From assembly GCA_007376185.1 (NCBI GenBank), contig VMFS01000003.1, forward strand, positions 89,983 to 153,982: a stretch of 64,000 nucleotides of DNA, read 5' to 3'. Below, piece by piece: positions 51,021-60,382 of this stretch. The number at the start of each line of letters is the position of its first letter. Within the stretch, counting starts at the first letter, position 1. The position numbers were made by a program, and so were the translations under genes. This DNA comes from Parcubacteria group bacterium Gr01-1014_30 (lineage in GTDB: Bacteria; Patescibacteriota; Minisyncoccia; Minisyncoccales; 2-12-FULL-40-12). A model generated the notes under the pieces. The model saw only the letters and a program-made list of their open reading frames with translations, made no database searches and had not been told where the DNA came from.

Positions 51021-53039
51021 ATGAATATGCTCAAGAAAGGCGAGTTGTATTATCCATCTTCGACCACTAGAAAAAAGGCCTGGGTAAAGAATAAAAATAT
51101 ATATCAGGAAGCCAACAAGGACCCGGTTTTGTTTTGGGAAAAGCTGGCCCGAGAGCTTTTTTGGTTTGAGAAGTGGAATAAAGCGTTTGAACATAAAGCC
51201 CCTTATTTTAAGTGGTTTCTGGGCGGCAAAATAAACATAACCTCAAACATTTTTGAGAAAAATCCGCAGGGCTGGGAGAAAATCAAGAAAAAAACGGCCT
51301 TAATTTGGGAGCCAGAACCAACAACTGAAAAGCCGAAAAAAATAACTTACAGGGAACTGTTCTCTGACGTTTGCAGATTTGCCAACGCGTTGAAAAAGCT
51401 GGGAGTGAAAAAAGGGGACAGGGTTGGCATTTACTTGCCGATGATTCCAGAAGTGATGGTGGCTATGCTCGCCTGCGCTCGCATTGGGGTAGTGCATTCT
51501 GTTGTTTTTTCGGCTTTTTCGTCTAACTCTCTGAAGGTTAGGTTGCAGGACACCGAGGCAAAAGTTCTTATTACGGCCGACGGCTACTGGAGAAGGGGTA
51601 AAATAGTTGACTTGAAACAGTCGGCTGATGAAGGCGTGAAAGAAACAAAAGTGGAAAAAGTTATCGTGGTCAAACGAGCGGGCAATAACGTCTCTTTGGA
51701 CAGCCAAAAAGACCTGTGGTTTCACGAAATAGTCAAAAACGAGAAGGATTTTTGCGAAGCAGAACCAATGGACGCAGAAGACACTTTTTTTATACTTTAC
51801 ACGTCCGGCTCCACCGGCAAACCAAAAGGCGTGGTGCACACTTGCGGCGGCTACGCAGTGCAGGCGTACTGGACAGGAAAATGGATATTTGATTTTCAAG
51901 GAGGCGACATTTTTTGGTGCACTTCAGACCCTGGCTGGGTAACGGGACATACTTACACCGTCTACTCGCCTCTGCTCAACGGGATAACTACTTTGATGTT
52001 TGAAGGCGCGCCCGACTGGCCAAAGCCCGACCGCTGGGCGCAAACTATTGAAAAGCATAAAGTCAACATTTTTTACACAGCCCCCACCGCCATAAGAATG
52101 TTTGAAAAATACGGCGCCGCCTTGCTCAAAAAATACAAATTCAAAAACCTGCGGCTTTTGGGTTCAGTCGGCGAGCCAATAGACGAGTCCTCATGGCTTT
52201 GGTATTTCACAGAGGTCGGCAAAAAAAGATGCCCCATAGTTGACACCTGGTGGCAAACCGAAACAGGAGGCATTTTAATCACTTCTCTGCCGGGTCTGGG
52301 CCCTTTTAAGCCGGCTTTCGCGGGTTTGGCTTTTCCAGGGGTTCAAGCCGACATCAAGAATGGCAACTTGGTTATTTTGCCGCCTTTTACTCCGGGCATG
52401 CTGAGAGGAATTTATAAAAATCCGCAAAAATACGAGGAAACCTATTGGAGCAGTTACGGGAAAGACGTTTACTTTACTTCTGACGGCGCGACCAGAGACA
52501 AAAATGGTTTAATAAGAATAGTTGGCCGTGTTGACGACGTTTTGAAAGTGGCTGGCCACCGTTTGACAACCGGGGAGATGGAAGACGCCATCAACTTGCA
52601 CCCGAACATCACGGAGTCAGCAGTAATTGGCGTTTCGGACGAAATAAAAGGGGAGGTTCCTGTGGCTTTCATCGTCCCGAAAGAAAACAGCCAAAATTTG
52701 GCGCAAGAAGTATTGGCACAGATCAAGAAAGAAATAGGGCCAATTGCTCTGCCAAAGCAGGTTTTTGTGGTTGACGACCTTCCAAAAACCCGGAGCGGCA
52801 AAATTATGCGAAGGATCTTAAAGAAAATTATTTCTAGGGAGGATTTGGGCGATCTTTCAACTTTGGCAAATCCAGAAAGCGTTGAAAAAATCAAGCTGGT
52901 AGTCCAAAAAAACCAAGCTGGTTTCATTATCGCTTTGCTAAACATCATCTTTATCACCGCGGGAATTGCGGCCATAATAATCGGCCTTTTGTGGTCAACG
53001 GGCGTTTTGGAACAGATACCGGGAATATTCAAACACTGA
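51021..53039 (+). CDS. acs: Acetyl-CoA synthetase (AMP-forming) with a hydrophobic C-terminal tail
   Basis: YTSGSTGKPKG and WWQTETGG motifs. PKTRSGKIMRR. An extra ~45 aa hydrophobic tail. Confidence 0.9.
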   Translation: MNMLKKGELYYPSSTTRKKAWVKNKNIYQEANKDPVLFWEKLARELFWFEKWNKAFEHKAPYFKWFLGGKINITSNIFEKNPQGWEKIKKKTALIWEPEPTTEKPKKITYRELFSDVCRFANALKKLGVKKGDRVGIYLPMIPEVMVAMLACARIGVVHSVVFSAFSSNSLKVRLQDTEAKVLITADGYWRRGKIVDLKQSADEGVKETKVEKVIVVKRAGNNVSLDSQKDLWFHEIVKNEKDFCEAEPMDAEDTFFILYTSGSTGKPKGVVHTCGGYAVQAYWTGKWIFDFQGGDIFWCTSDPGWVTGHTYTVYSPLLNGITTLMFEGAPDWPKPDRWAQTIEKHKVNIFYTAPTAIRMFEKYGAALLKKYKFKNLRLLGSVGEPIDESSWLWYFTEVGKKRCPIVDTWWQTETGGILITSLPGLGPFKPAFAGLAFPGVQADIKNGNLVILPPFTPGMLRGIYKNPQKYEETYWSSYGKDVYFTSDGATRDKNGLIRIVGRVDDVLKVAGHRLTTGEMEDAINLHPNITESAVIGVSDEIKGEVPVAFIVPKENSQNLAQEVLAQIKKEIGPIALPKQVFVVDDLPKTRSGKIMRRILKKIISREDLGDLSTLANPESVEKIKLVVQKNQAGFIIALLNIIFITAGIAAIIIGLLWSTGVLEQIPGIFKH

Positions 53040-53101
53040 GCCTCGCGATAGCGAGGCGAGGTGTGAGAGGAATGCGAAGCATTCAGCGAACAGCCAAGAC
53101 C

Positions 53102-55483
53102 ATGAGCAAGAAACAAAAGTACATCCTGCCATTTAAAGCGATATCCAAAAAAGACGTCCGTTTGGTTGGAGGCAAGAACGGGTCTTTGGGCGAGATGCTT
53201 TCGCAGCTCTCTAGAAAAGGAGTTAACGTTCCCGATGGTTTTGCTTTGACCACAAAGGCGTACAGGTATTTTATAAAGAGGAACAAACTGGACAAAAAAC
53301 TTAAAGATATTTTCGCGGATTTCAACTCACAAGACATTAAAAGTTTGCAGGCAACTGGTAAGGCGGCAAGAGAGTTAATTTTGCGCGCCGAGTTTCCGTT
53401 AGATTTAAAAAAAGAAATATTGAGAGCTTATAAAAAGTTGTCTGCAAAGTACGGACAAGAAGAATCAGATGTTGCAGTCAGGTCTTCTGGCGTGGCCGAA
53501 GACGCGCCGACAATGTCTTTTGCCGGACAGTTTGAAAGTTTTTTGAACGTTTCTGGAGCAGACGGTTTATTGACCGCCATCAAAGAGTGTTTGGCTTCGG
53601 CTTTCGGGGACAGAGTGATTGTTTATAGAGAAGAGAAAAAAGTTCCGCATCTGAAGTTTGCCTTGTCCGTAGGGGTTCAAAAAATGGTGAGGTCTGACTT
53701 GGCTTCTTCTGGCGTGATTTTCACAGTTGACACGGAAACCGGATTTCAAAACGTGGTTTTAATCAGTTCGCTTTTTGGGATTGGGGAAATGATTGTTAAA
53801 GGAAAAGTTACGCCCGATGAATTTTACGTTTTTAAACCGACCTTAAAACAGGGATACAAATCCATAATCATTAAAAATCTTGGGCGAAAAACGAAAAAGT
53901 ATATTTACGGCAAAACAGGAGGGCTGAAAGAGGTTGGCGTGCCGCGGATTTCTCAAGGCAAATTTTCCTTGAAGGACGAAGAGGTTTTAACCTTGGCAAA
54001 GTGGGCCCTTTTGATTGAAGAGCACTACAGGCATCCCCAAGACATTGAATGGGCAAAAGACGGTAGAACAGGTGAGCTTTTCATTGTTCAGTCAAGGCCC
54101 GAAACCGTACACAGCCCTCAAAAAGGGAATGTTTATCAGGAGTACCAAATAAAAGCCGCCAAGAAACCGATTTTAACAGGAATCGCGGTTGGCTCAAAAA
54201 TAGGACAGGGGCCTGTTCGCGTGATTTCTGACGTTTCAAAGATTTCGCAATTCAAAAAAGGAGAGGTTTTGGTTACCAAAATGACTGACCCTGATTGGGT
54301 GTCGGTTTTCCCTCTGGCTGCGGCCGTTGTTACCGATGAGGGGGGAAAAACCTCGCATGCGGCCATTGTCAGCCGCGAGCTGGGTTTGCCTTGCATTGTT
54401 GGAGTTAAAGTTGCGACAAAGGTTTTGAAGCAGGGTCAGGAGGTAACAGTTGACTGCTCCCAAGGTGCTGAAGGCAGGGTTCTTTCGGGAAAAGTTCCAT
54501 TTAAGGTGAGAGAATACGACTTGAAAAAACTGCCCAAAGTTAAAACTAAAATCATGGTGAACATTGGAGCTCCAGAGGCCGCTTTCAAGACCTCTTTTTT
54601 GCCAACAGACGGCGTAGGTTTGGCGCGACAAGAGTTTGTTATTGCCGAAAAAATCAGGGTGCATCCTTTGGCTTTATACCACTATAAAAATATTCAAAAT
54701 AAAAAAATTAAAAAGCAGATTGATGAAATCACTGTTGAGCATAAGGATAAAAAGGAGTACTTTGTGAAAGAGTTAGCTGAAGGAGTGGCGCAAATTGCCG
54801 CGGCTTTTTGGCCAAAGCCGGTGATTTTGCGGTTTTCCGACTTGAAGAGCAACGAGTATCGGTCTTTGGTGGGCGGAGAGCTTTTTGAGCCGCAAGAAGA
54901 AAATCCTATGTTGGGGTGGCGCGGCGCTTCAAGATACTATGACGCAAAGTTTAGGCCTGCTTTCAAAATGGAGTGTGAAGCCATTAAAAGAGTAAGAGAC
55001 GAATTTGGATTGAAAAATATAAAATTGATGGTTCCCTTTTGCCGCACTGTGGAGGAAGGTCAGTTAGTGTTAAAGCTTATGCGCGAGTATGGGTTGGAGC
55101 GGGGAAAGGATGGTTTGGAAGTTTACGTGATGGCTGAAATTCCCTCAAACGTTTTGCTGGCGGATAAGTTTTTGGACATTTTTGACGGAATGAGTATTGG
55201 TTCAAATGATTTGACTCAACTGGTGCTAGGTTTGGATAGGGATTCGGCTCTAATTGCAAAAGTTGGGGACGAAAGAAACGAAGCCGTGAAAGAAATGATT
55301 GCAAAAGTCATTCAGACCTGCAAAAAAAGAAAAAAGTACTCTGGTATTTGCGGTCAGGCGCCATCGGACTATCCTGATTTTGCCGAGTTTTTAGTTAAAG
55401 AGGGCATTGGCTCAATTTCTCTGAATCCAGACACCGTAATAAAAACGATTTTAGCTTTAGCCGGAGCGAAAAGAGCCGTTTAG
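53102..55483 (+). CDS. ppsA: Phosphoenolpyruvate synthase (pyruvate, water dikinase)
   Basis: VGGKNGSLGEM. Phospho-His region GGKTSHAAIVSRELGLP. PEP-utilising C-terminal domain. Confidence 0.9.
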   Translation: MSKKQKYILPFKAISKKDVRLVGGKNGSLGEMLSQLSRKGVNVPDGFALTTKAYRYFIKRNKLDKKLKDIFADFNSQDIKSLQATGKAARELILRAEFPLDLKKEILRAYKKLSAKYGQEESDVAVRSSGVAEDAPTMSFAGQFESFLNVSGADGLLTAIKECLASAFGDRVIVYREEKKVPHLKFALSVGVQKMVRSDLASSGVIFTVDTETGFQNVVLISSLFGIGEMIVKGKVTPDEFYVFKPTLKQGYKSIIIKNLGRKTKKYIYGKTGGLKEVGVPRISQGKFSLKDEEVLTLAKWALLIEEHYRHPQDIEWAKDGRTGELFIVQSRPETVHSPQKGNVYQEYQIKAAKKPILTGIAVGSKIGQGPVRVISDVSKISQFKKGEVLVTKMTDPDWVSVFPLAAAVVTDEGGKTSHAAIVSRELGLPCIVGVKVATKVLKQGQEVTVDCSQGAEGRVLSGKVPFKVREYDLKKLPKVKTKIMVNIGAPEAAFKTSFLPTDGVGLARQEFVIAEKIRVHPLALYHYKNIQNKKIKKQIDEITVEHKDKKEYFVKELAEGVAQIAAAFWPKPVILRFSDLKSNEYRSLVGGELFEPQEENPMLGWRGASRYYDAKFRPAFKMECEAIKRVRDEFGLKNIKLMVPFCRTVEEGQLVLKLMREYGLERGKDGLEVYVMAEIPSNVLLADKFLDIFDGMSIGSNDLTQLVLGLDRDSALIAKVGDERNEAVKEMIAKVIQTCKKRKKYSGICGQAPSDYPDFAEFLVKEGIGSISLNPDTVIKTILALAGAKRAV

Positions 55484-55867
55484 CAGAGTTCTTATCCGGC
55501 TGGCTTCCTTTTTAACGGCAGGGCTTTCGTGTTCGCCGCTGTGGGCCCTCACCCCCACACCATAACGAGCAGCGGCTTCGCCGTTTACGCCACGGGACGA
55601 AGTTCCTAGCGGCGTATCTGCTCGTTTGGTGTGGGGGTAGCTGGGGCGCTTTTGGTCAAGGTGTAAGTTAAGGTGGAGAGCGCTGCCTTCCGTTTTGGCG
55701 TATATGTGAAATCGCGGGAAACCGCCCCGCGCCAAAGCTCTGACGGCTGACGTTTCCTTTGCACTTTCGTCAAATCGTTTGAAAGAGTAGCCGATTTTCC
55801 TCAACGCGCCAGCCAAACTATTCCGGCAATTTTCCACGACAATTTTCATAAGCTGATAAATATACAC
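55457..55867 (-). CDS. Hypothetical protein carrying a family 3 palindromic insert
   Basis: 136 aa. FPRFHIY...LNLHLDQK region. The central PHTKRADTPLGTSSRGVNGEAAARYGVGV is encoded by repeat 55552-55637. Confidence 0.4.
   Translation of the reverse strand: MYIYQLMKIVVENCRNSLAGALRKIGYSFKRFDESAKETSAVRALARGGFPRFHIYAKTEGSALHLNLHLDQKRPSYPHTKRADTPLGTSSRGVNGEAAARYGVGVRAHSGEHESPAVKKEASRIRTLLNGSFRSG
55552..55637. repeat. Palindromic element, family 3, inside a CDS
   Basis: CCCCCACACCATAACGAGCAG...CTGCTCGTTTGGTGTGGGGG with a GCGGCTTCGCCG centre. Confidence 0.7.
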
Positions 55868-55870
55868 CGC

Positions 55871-56896
55871 TCACTGTATTTCCAGCACAATTTTGCCAAA
55901 ATGTTTACCATCAACCATTCGCTTTTGCGCCTCGGCCGCGTCTTTGAGCGAGAATGTTTTATCAATAATCGGCTTTAGTTTTCCTGCCGCGACTAGCTCC
56001 AAAACTTTCTCAAACTCCTCTTTCTGACCCATTCTCGCGCCAAAAATGGAAAGTTGGCGAACATAAATATCGCTCAAATCCTGCGTACCCATATTGCCGC
56101 TTGTTGTTCCGGCAATGACGACACGACCGAAAGGGCGAAGCATAGCAAGCGTCATGCTCCATGTCTTTTCGCCAACACTTTCAAAAACCACGTCAACGCC
56201 AAGACCCTTCGTCAGATTTTTTACAGTACTTTCAACATTTCCGCTTGTGTAAATTACAATTTCATCTGCGCCAATCTCGCGGATTTGCTTTGCGTCTTCT
56301 TCGGATTTAGCGGCGGCGATAACTTTTGCGCCAAGATATTTTGCTACTTGAATAGCTGACGAACCTAACCCGCCGGACGCGCCCCAAACGAAAACCGTTT
56401 CGCCTTTGCGTAGATTTGCTCGCCCAACGAGCATGTGCCAAGCGGTGAGAAATGTTAGCGGAAACGCCGCCGCTTCAGCAAAAGAAATGTTTTTTGGCTT
56501 TGGGTAAAGTTGCGAGATTGGTGCGGTAATATATTCGGCGTAGCTACCCTGATTTTTAACGCCGAAAATTTTAACAAGTTCGCACGGCTCTCCATTTTTA
56601 CAGCGCGGGCAAGCAGAGCAGGGGATAGCCGGGTTCAACACAACTTCTTGGCCTACTCGCAGCGTGCTTTCGCCGTTTATCTCCTTAACAACTCCTGCGG
56701 CGTCCGAGCCGGGAATGTGCGGCAGAGGAATATTACTAGCGTTTTCTTTATCTTCGCGCAACCAAACGTCAAGCCGATTCAGATCAGCCGCTTTCACTCG
56801 CACAAGAGCCTCGCCTTTTTGTGGCCTTGGAGTAGGCAGTTCTCCATATTTGAGAACATCTAGCCCGCCCGGTTTTTCAAAAAACACCGCTTTCAT
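55871..56896 (-). CDS. Zinc-type alcohol dehydrogenase / quinone oxidoreductase (MDR family)
   Basis: GSDAAG. Structural-Zn Cys cluster (CSACPRCKNGEPC). GASGGLGS NAD(P) site. Confidence 0.85.
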   Translation of the reverse strand: MKAVFFEKPGGLDVLKYGELPTPRPQKGEALVRVKAADLNRLDVWLREDKENASNIPLPHIPGSDAAGVVKEINGESTLRVGQEVVLNPAIPCSACPRCKNGEPCELVKIFGVKNQGSYAEYITAPISQLYPKPKNISFAEAAAFPLTFLTAWHMLVGRANLRKGETVFVWGASGGLGSSAIQVAKYLGAKVIAAAKSEEDAKQIREIGADEIVIYTSGNVESTVKNLTKGLGVDVVFESVGEKTWSMTLAMLRPFGRVVIAGTTSGNMGTQDLSDIYVRQLSIFGARMGQKEEFEKVLELVAAGKLKPIIDKTFSLKDAAEAQKRMVDGKHFGKIVLEIQ

Positions 56897-57025
56897 AACT
56901 TATCTTTCCCAGATTTTATCATCTGGAGTGAACTCAACTTTATATTACTGTTTATCATGGGAGGTTGCGTGACCTGACCCTGCTAGGTTCAATTACGACT
57001 ATCTTTTTGCGAAAATCCTTCTCAG

Positions 57026-57184
57026 TCATTCCTTTGGTTTGTTGACCGCGTAATTAAAAATAACTTCGTCGGGCTGGCCGCGAAGTTCTTTTATATCTTT
57101 TACGCACTCTGCCTCAAAACCTTTTTCTTGAAAGACAATCTTTATTGAAGAGGTTGTATTTTCATCAACGAGAAAGAGCATCAT
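57026..57184 (-). pseudogene. DUF5615/PIN-like toxin partner, truncated to 52 codons
   Basis: MMLFLVDENTTSS... start overlaps the DUF433 stop (ATGA). A premature TGA at 57028-57026 removes the C-terminal half expected for this family. Confidence 0.4.
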
Positions 57185-57405
57185 CTTGCCATAACCAATT
57201 CTTCGCCAACAAGCTTCGCTGCGTATTTCAAGGCGGCAAGAATTTGTTCTCTAGTTAGCCCGTATTCTTTCATCACGGTTTCCATCTGGTCGCCTGCGGC
57301 AATATGGCCGACAATAACCTCAACCGGTACTCTGGTTCCGGTAATAACTGGTTTACCAAACTGAATCTTTTCGTCCAACGTAATTTGAGGAAAAATTTCT
57401 TTCAT
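57181..57405 (-). CDS. DUF433-domain protein (antitoxin-like)
   Basis: FGKPVITGTRVPVEVIVGHIAAGDQMETVMKEYGLTREQILAAL is the typical DUF433 pattern. Confidence 0.7.
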   Translation of the reverse strand: MKEIFPQITLDEKIQFGKPVITGTRVPVEVIVGHIAAGDQMETVMKEYGLTREQILAALKYAAKLVGEELVMAR

Positions 57406-57445
57406 AGCTGAAGAATAACAAAATTATATCTTAAAGTCAAATTTT

Positions 57446-57516
57446 TCGGGCCAGGGCGAATCGAACGCCCGCTGTACCCACCCCAAGGGCACGGACTACC
57501 ATTATCCGATGGCCCG
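57446..57516 (-). tRNA. tRNA-Pro (anticodon GGG)
   Basis: Manual cloverleaf on the minus strand. Acceptor CGGGCCA/UGGCCCG. Anticodon loop UUGGGGU. T-loop UUCGAUU. No encoded CCA. Confidence 0.85.
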
Positions 57517-57518
57517 TT

Positions 57519-57713
57519 TTACTTTCTCTTTTTAGCTGTTGCTTTGATGCATTTGGCGCAAGCCAAAACACGTTTGCCGTTGAGCAATCTGGTCCACTGC
57601 AAATTGGGATATTGTCGCCTTTTGATGGTTGGGTTATATTTGGTGGCTCTTAGGCGAACTCTTCGCCAGACCAGCATTGACCCTTTGCCGCAAATCGCGC
57701 ATTGTTTTGCCAT
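57519..57713 (-). CDS. rpmB: Ribosomal protein bL28
   Basis: MAKQCAICGKG...RR...PNLQ pattern. 64 aa. Confidence 0.85.
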   Translation of the reverse strand: MAKQCAICGKGSMLVWRRVRLRATKYNPTIKRRQYPNLQWTRLLNGKRVLACAKCIKATAKKRK

Positions 57714-57748
57714 ATGAAAAATGTTAACATATTAGCATAGTTTTTTCA

Positions 57749-58348
57749 ATGCGTATTACTTATTCAGAAGAAGAGCTTATTCATCTTTTGCACGCGTGGG
57801 CTGCAATCAGCTTTGCATTTGCTGTTGCTTTATCTGGCGGAGCGCAGGGGCTTGGCCCGCAATTCATGCCAAATCTTATTGTGGCGGCAATCGCAGTGGG
57901 CACGGCTTTTTTGCTGCACGAGCTGGCTCACAAGATTTTGGCGCAAAGATACGGCTGTTGGGCGGAGTTCAGAAAGTTTAATATGGGTTTGGTTTTGGCG
58001 GTTGTTATGAGTTTTTTCGGTTTCATCATCGCGGCTCCGGGAGCCGTAATGATTAGCGGCGCAATTTCCAGGGAGCAAAACGGCAAAATATCTGCAGTTG
58101 GCCCTTTAACAAACATTGCTTTGGCGTTATTGTTTTTTGCTGCCAGTTTTTTACTGCCGCCGATTATTGGAGGTTCACCTTTGCTTGCCAAAATTGTAAC
58201 CTACGGTTTTTACATCAACGCCTGGCTCGCTTTGTTCAATATGATTCCTTTTCCTCCGCTTGACGGTTCAAAAGTGCTGGCTTGGTCTTTGCCCGCGTGG
58301 CTTATCATCACGGCAGTCGCCGCCTTTATGATTTATGTAAGCGGTTGA
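57749..58348 (+). CDS. Site-2 protease-family (M50) membrane metalloprotease
   Basis: HELAHK zinc motif and [12 protein letters not shown] motif. Multiple TM helices. Confidence 0.8.
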   Translation: MRITYSEEELIHLLHAWAAISFAFAVALSGGAQGLGPQFMPNLIVAAIAVGTAFLLHELAHKILAQRYGCWAEFRKFNMGLVLAVVMSFFGFIIAAPGAVMISGAISREQNGKISAVGPLTNIALALLFFAASFLLPPIIGGSPLLAKIVTYGFYINAWLALFNMIPFPPLDGSKVLAWSLPAWLIITAVAAFMIYVSG

Positions 58349-58383
58349 CTTTGTCAGAGTTATTTGATAAAGTTTTTTTTGTT

Positions 58384-58794
58384 ATGCCAACCATTCATCA
58401 ACTAATCAAAAAAGGCAGGAAAAAAATCGTTAAGCGCCACAAGACGCCTGCTTTGACTTTCGGTTTTAACGTTTTGAAGAACAGGCCAAAAGATTTTCAT
58501 TCGCCGTTCAAGCGGGGAGTATGCATTAAAGTTTTCACGGTTACTCCTAAAAAGCCCAACTCGGCTTTGAGAAAAGTTGCGAGAGTCCGCTTGACCAACG
58601 GCATGGAAGTTACCGCTTACATTCCGGGCGAAGGGCACACCTTGCAGGAACATTCTGTGGTGCTCATTCGTGGGGGCAGAGTTAAGGACTTGCCCGGAGT
58701 CAGGTACCACGTAGTACGAGGTGTACTTGATACAGGCGGAGTAGAGGGACGCAAACAGGAACGTTCAAAATATGGGACCAAGCGAAGTAAATAA
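58384..58794 (+). CDS. rpsL: Ribosomal protein uS12
   Basis: [12 protein letters not shown]...[10 protein letters not shown]...[13 protein letters not shown]. Confidence 0.95.
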   Translation: MPTIHQLIKKGRKKIVKRHKTPALTFGFNVLKNRPKDFHSPFKRGVCIKVFTVTPKKPNSALRKVARVRLTNGMEVTAYIPGEGHTLQEHSVVLIRGGRVKDLPGVRYHVVRGVLDTGGVEGRKQERSKYGTKRSK

Positions 58795-58925
58795 ATCCGA
58801 AGCACGAAGCACGAAATCCGAAACAAATCCCAATGACCAAAATTCAAAATTCTAAATACGTTTTGAATTTAGAAAATTAGAATTTAGACATTGTTTCGAA
58901 TTTCGGTATTCGAATTTCGAATTTT
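58795..58925. repeat. AT-rich palindromic element filling the rpsL-rpsG spacer
   Basis: CGAAATCCGAAACAA / TTGTTTCGAATTTCG arms. Shares the GAAATCCGAA motif with the mnmA insert. Confidence 0.55.
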
Positions 58926-58932
58926 CAAGTTT

Positions 58933-59400
58933 ATGGCAAGACGAAAAGTTGAAAAAAGAATAATTGCGCCAGATCCAGTTTACAGCAACGTCAAGGTTTC
59001 CAAATTCATCAATCAGGTTATGCGAAAGGGCAAGAAAATAACTGCGAGAAAAGTGGTTTATTCGGCTTTTGATATTGTAAAAGATAAAACTAAAAAAGAG
59101 CCGCTTGAGATTTTTGAGCAAGCGTTGACCAACGCCGGGCCTTTGGTTGAGGTGAAGTCAAAAAGAATTGGCGGAGCCACATATCAGGTACCAAGGGAAG
59201 TCAGAGAGGATAGGAGAGTTACTTTGGCTATGCGCTGGATACTTTTGGGGGCCAGAAGCAAAAAGGGAAAACCCATGCGCGAGAAACTGGCTCAAGAGTT
59301 GATGGACGCGGCAAGGAACGAGGGATGGGCAGTGAAGAAAAAGGTGGATACCCATCGCATGGCAGAGGCAAATAGGGCATTTGCGCATTTCGCGTGGTAA
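58933..59400 (+). CDS. rpsG: Ribosomal protein uS7
   Basis: MARRK...PDPVY...GGATYQVP...[10 protein letters not shown]. Confidence 0.95.
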   Translation: MARRKVEKRIIAPDPVYSNVKVSKFINQVMRKGKKITARKVVYSAFDIVKDKTKKEPLEIFEQALTNAGPLVEVKSKRIGGATYQVPREVREDRRVTLAMRWILLGARSKKGKPMREKLAQELMDAARNEGWAVKKKVDTHRMAEANRAFAHFAW

Positions 59401-59436
59401 ACTTTTTCTATAAAACCAAAATCTGAATTCTAAAAA

Positions 59437-59466
59437 ATGACCAAGCTGGCTTGGTCATTTTTTGAT
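59437..59466 (+). terminator. Hairpin terminator after rpsG
   Basis: TGACCAAGC-TG-GCTTGGTCA followed by TTTTTT. Confidence 0.65.
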
Positions 59467-59526
59467 TCCGCCAAATTGATAAAAAGCTGTTGACAGCCGT
59501 GTGTTATAGGTTATAATAAGATTAGT

Positions 59527-59766
59527 ATGACCCAAAAAGTGTTAAAAGTCGGCGACTCAGCCGCAGTTACCATACCCAAAGAATATCTTGGGGAACTAGG
59601 GTTGAAACCCGGCGATGAGGTTTCCGTTGAGTTTGACAGGAAAAAACTAAAGTTTTCAGTCGGCCTCTCAAAGGCCGCCGCTCGGCGCCAACGAAGAATT
59701 GCCGAGTTGACTTTGAATTTTATAAATCGCTACCGCAAAGACCTTGAAGCCCTTGCCAAAAAATAA
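59527..59766 (+). CDS. AbrB/MazE/SpoVT-fold antitoxin
   Basis: VLKVGDSAAVTIPKEYLGELGLKPGDEV swapped-hairpin motif. TTGACA-16-TATAAT promoter upstream. Confidence 0.7.
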   Translation: MTQKVLKVGDSAAVTIPKEYLGELGLKPGDEVSVEFDRKKLKFSVGLSKAAARRQRRIAELTLNFINRYRKDLEALAKK

Positions 59767-59768
59767 GT

Positions 59769-60158
59769 GTGAAGTATTTAACAAAGGAGAACATTTTGCT
59801 GATTCATTCAATGGCGATTGATGAAACAGGCGGCCTGCATGGCGTTAGAGACCATCAGGCCATTTTAAGTATGGAAGAATTGCCAAGGCAAGCGGTTTTT
59901 GGCAAAGAATTGTATCCCACAATTTTTGATAAAGCAGCCGTCTATGCTCGTAGTCTAATAATGAATTATCCCTTTGTTGACGGCAACAAAAGAACCGGAA
60001 TGACAGCTGCCTCCGTATTTTTAGGAGATAACGGGTATCAAGTTGAAGCTAAAGAAGGCGAGATTGAAAAGTTCGCCTTAAAGATTGTTTCAGATAAATT
60101 AGATATAAAAGAGATCGCCGCCTGGTTCAAAAAACACACAAAAAGAATAAAGGTATAA
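59769..60158 (+). CDS. Fic/Doc-family (death-on-curing) toxin-like protein
   Basis: YPFVDGNKRTGMTAA matches HxFx(D/N)GNKR, except that Tyr replaces the His. Confidence 0.75.
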   Translation: MKYLTKENILLIHSMAIDETGGLHGVRDHQAILSMEELPRQAVFGKELYPTIFDKAAVYARSLIMNYPFVDGNKRTGMTAASVFLGDNGYQVEAKEGEIEKFALKIVSDKLDIKEIAAWFKKHTKRIKV

Positions 60159-60160
60159 TT

Positions 60161-60367
60161 ATGGTACAGAAAAAATATCGGGCAATATTTCTACCAGATT
60201 ATGAAGATAAAAAGCACTATACCAAGGACGGTTTTTCGAGTATAGCTAAAGCCGAAAAATATATCATTGAAAATTTCTGCGACGCCTGCAAGCAGTATTA
60301 TAACAACCCCAAAGAAGCTGGTTGTTTTCATGAGTGGGACATAGAGGAATATGAAGAAAAACAATAG
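60161..60367 (+). CDS. Small hypothetical protein
   Basis: 68 aa, tightly packed between doc and radC. No recognised motif. Confidence 0.35.
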   Translation: MVQKKYRAIFLPDYEDKKHYTKDGFSSIAKAEKYIIENFCDACKQYYNNPKEAGCFHEWDIEEYEEKQ

Positions 60368-60382
60368 TAAAAAGCAATTATA

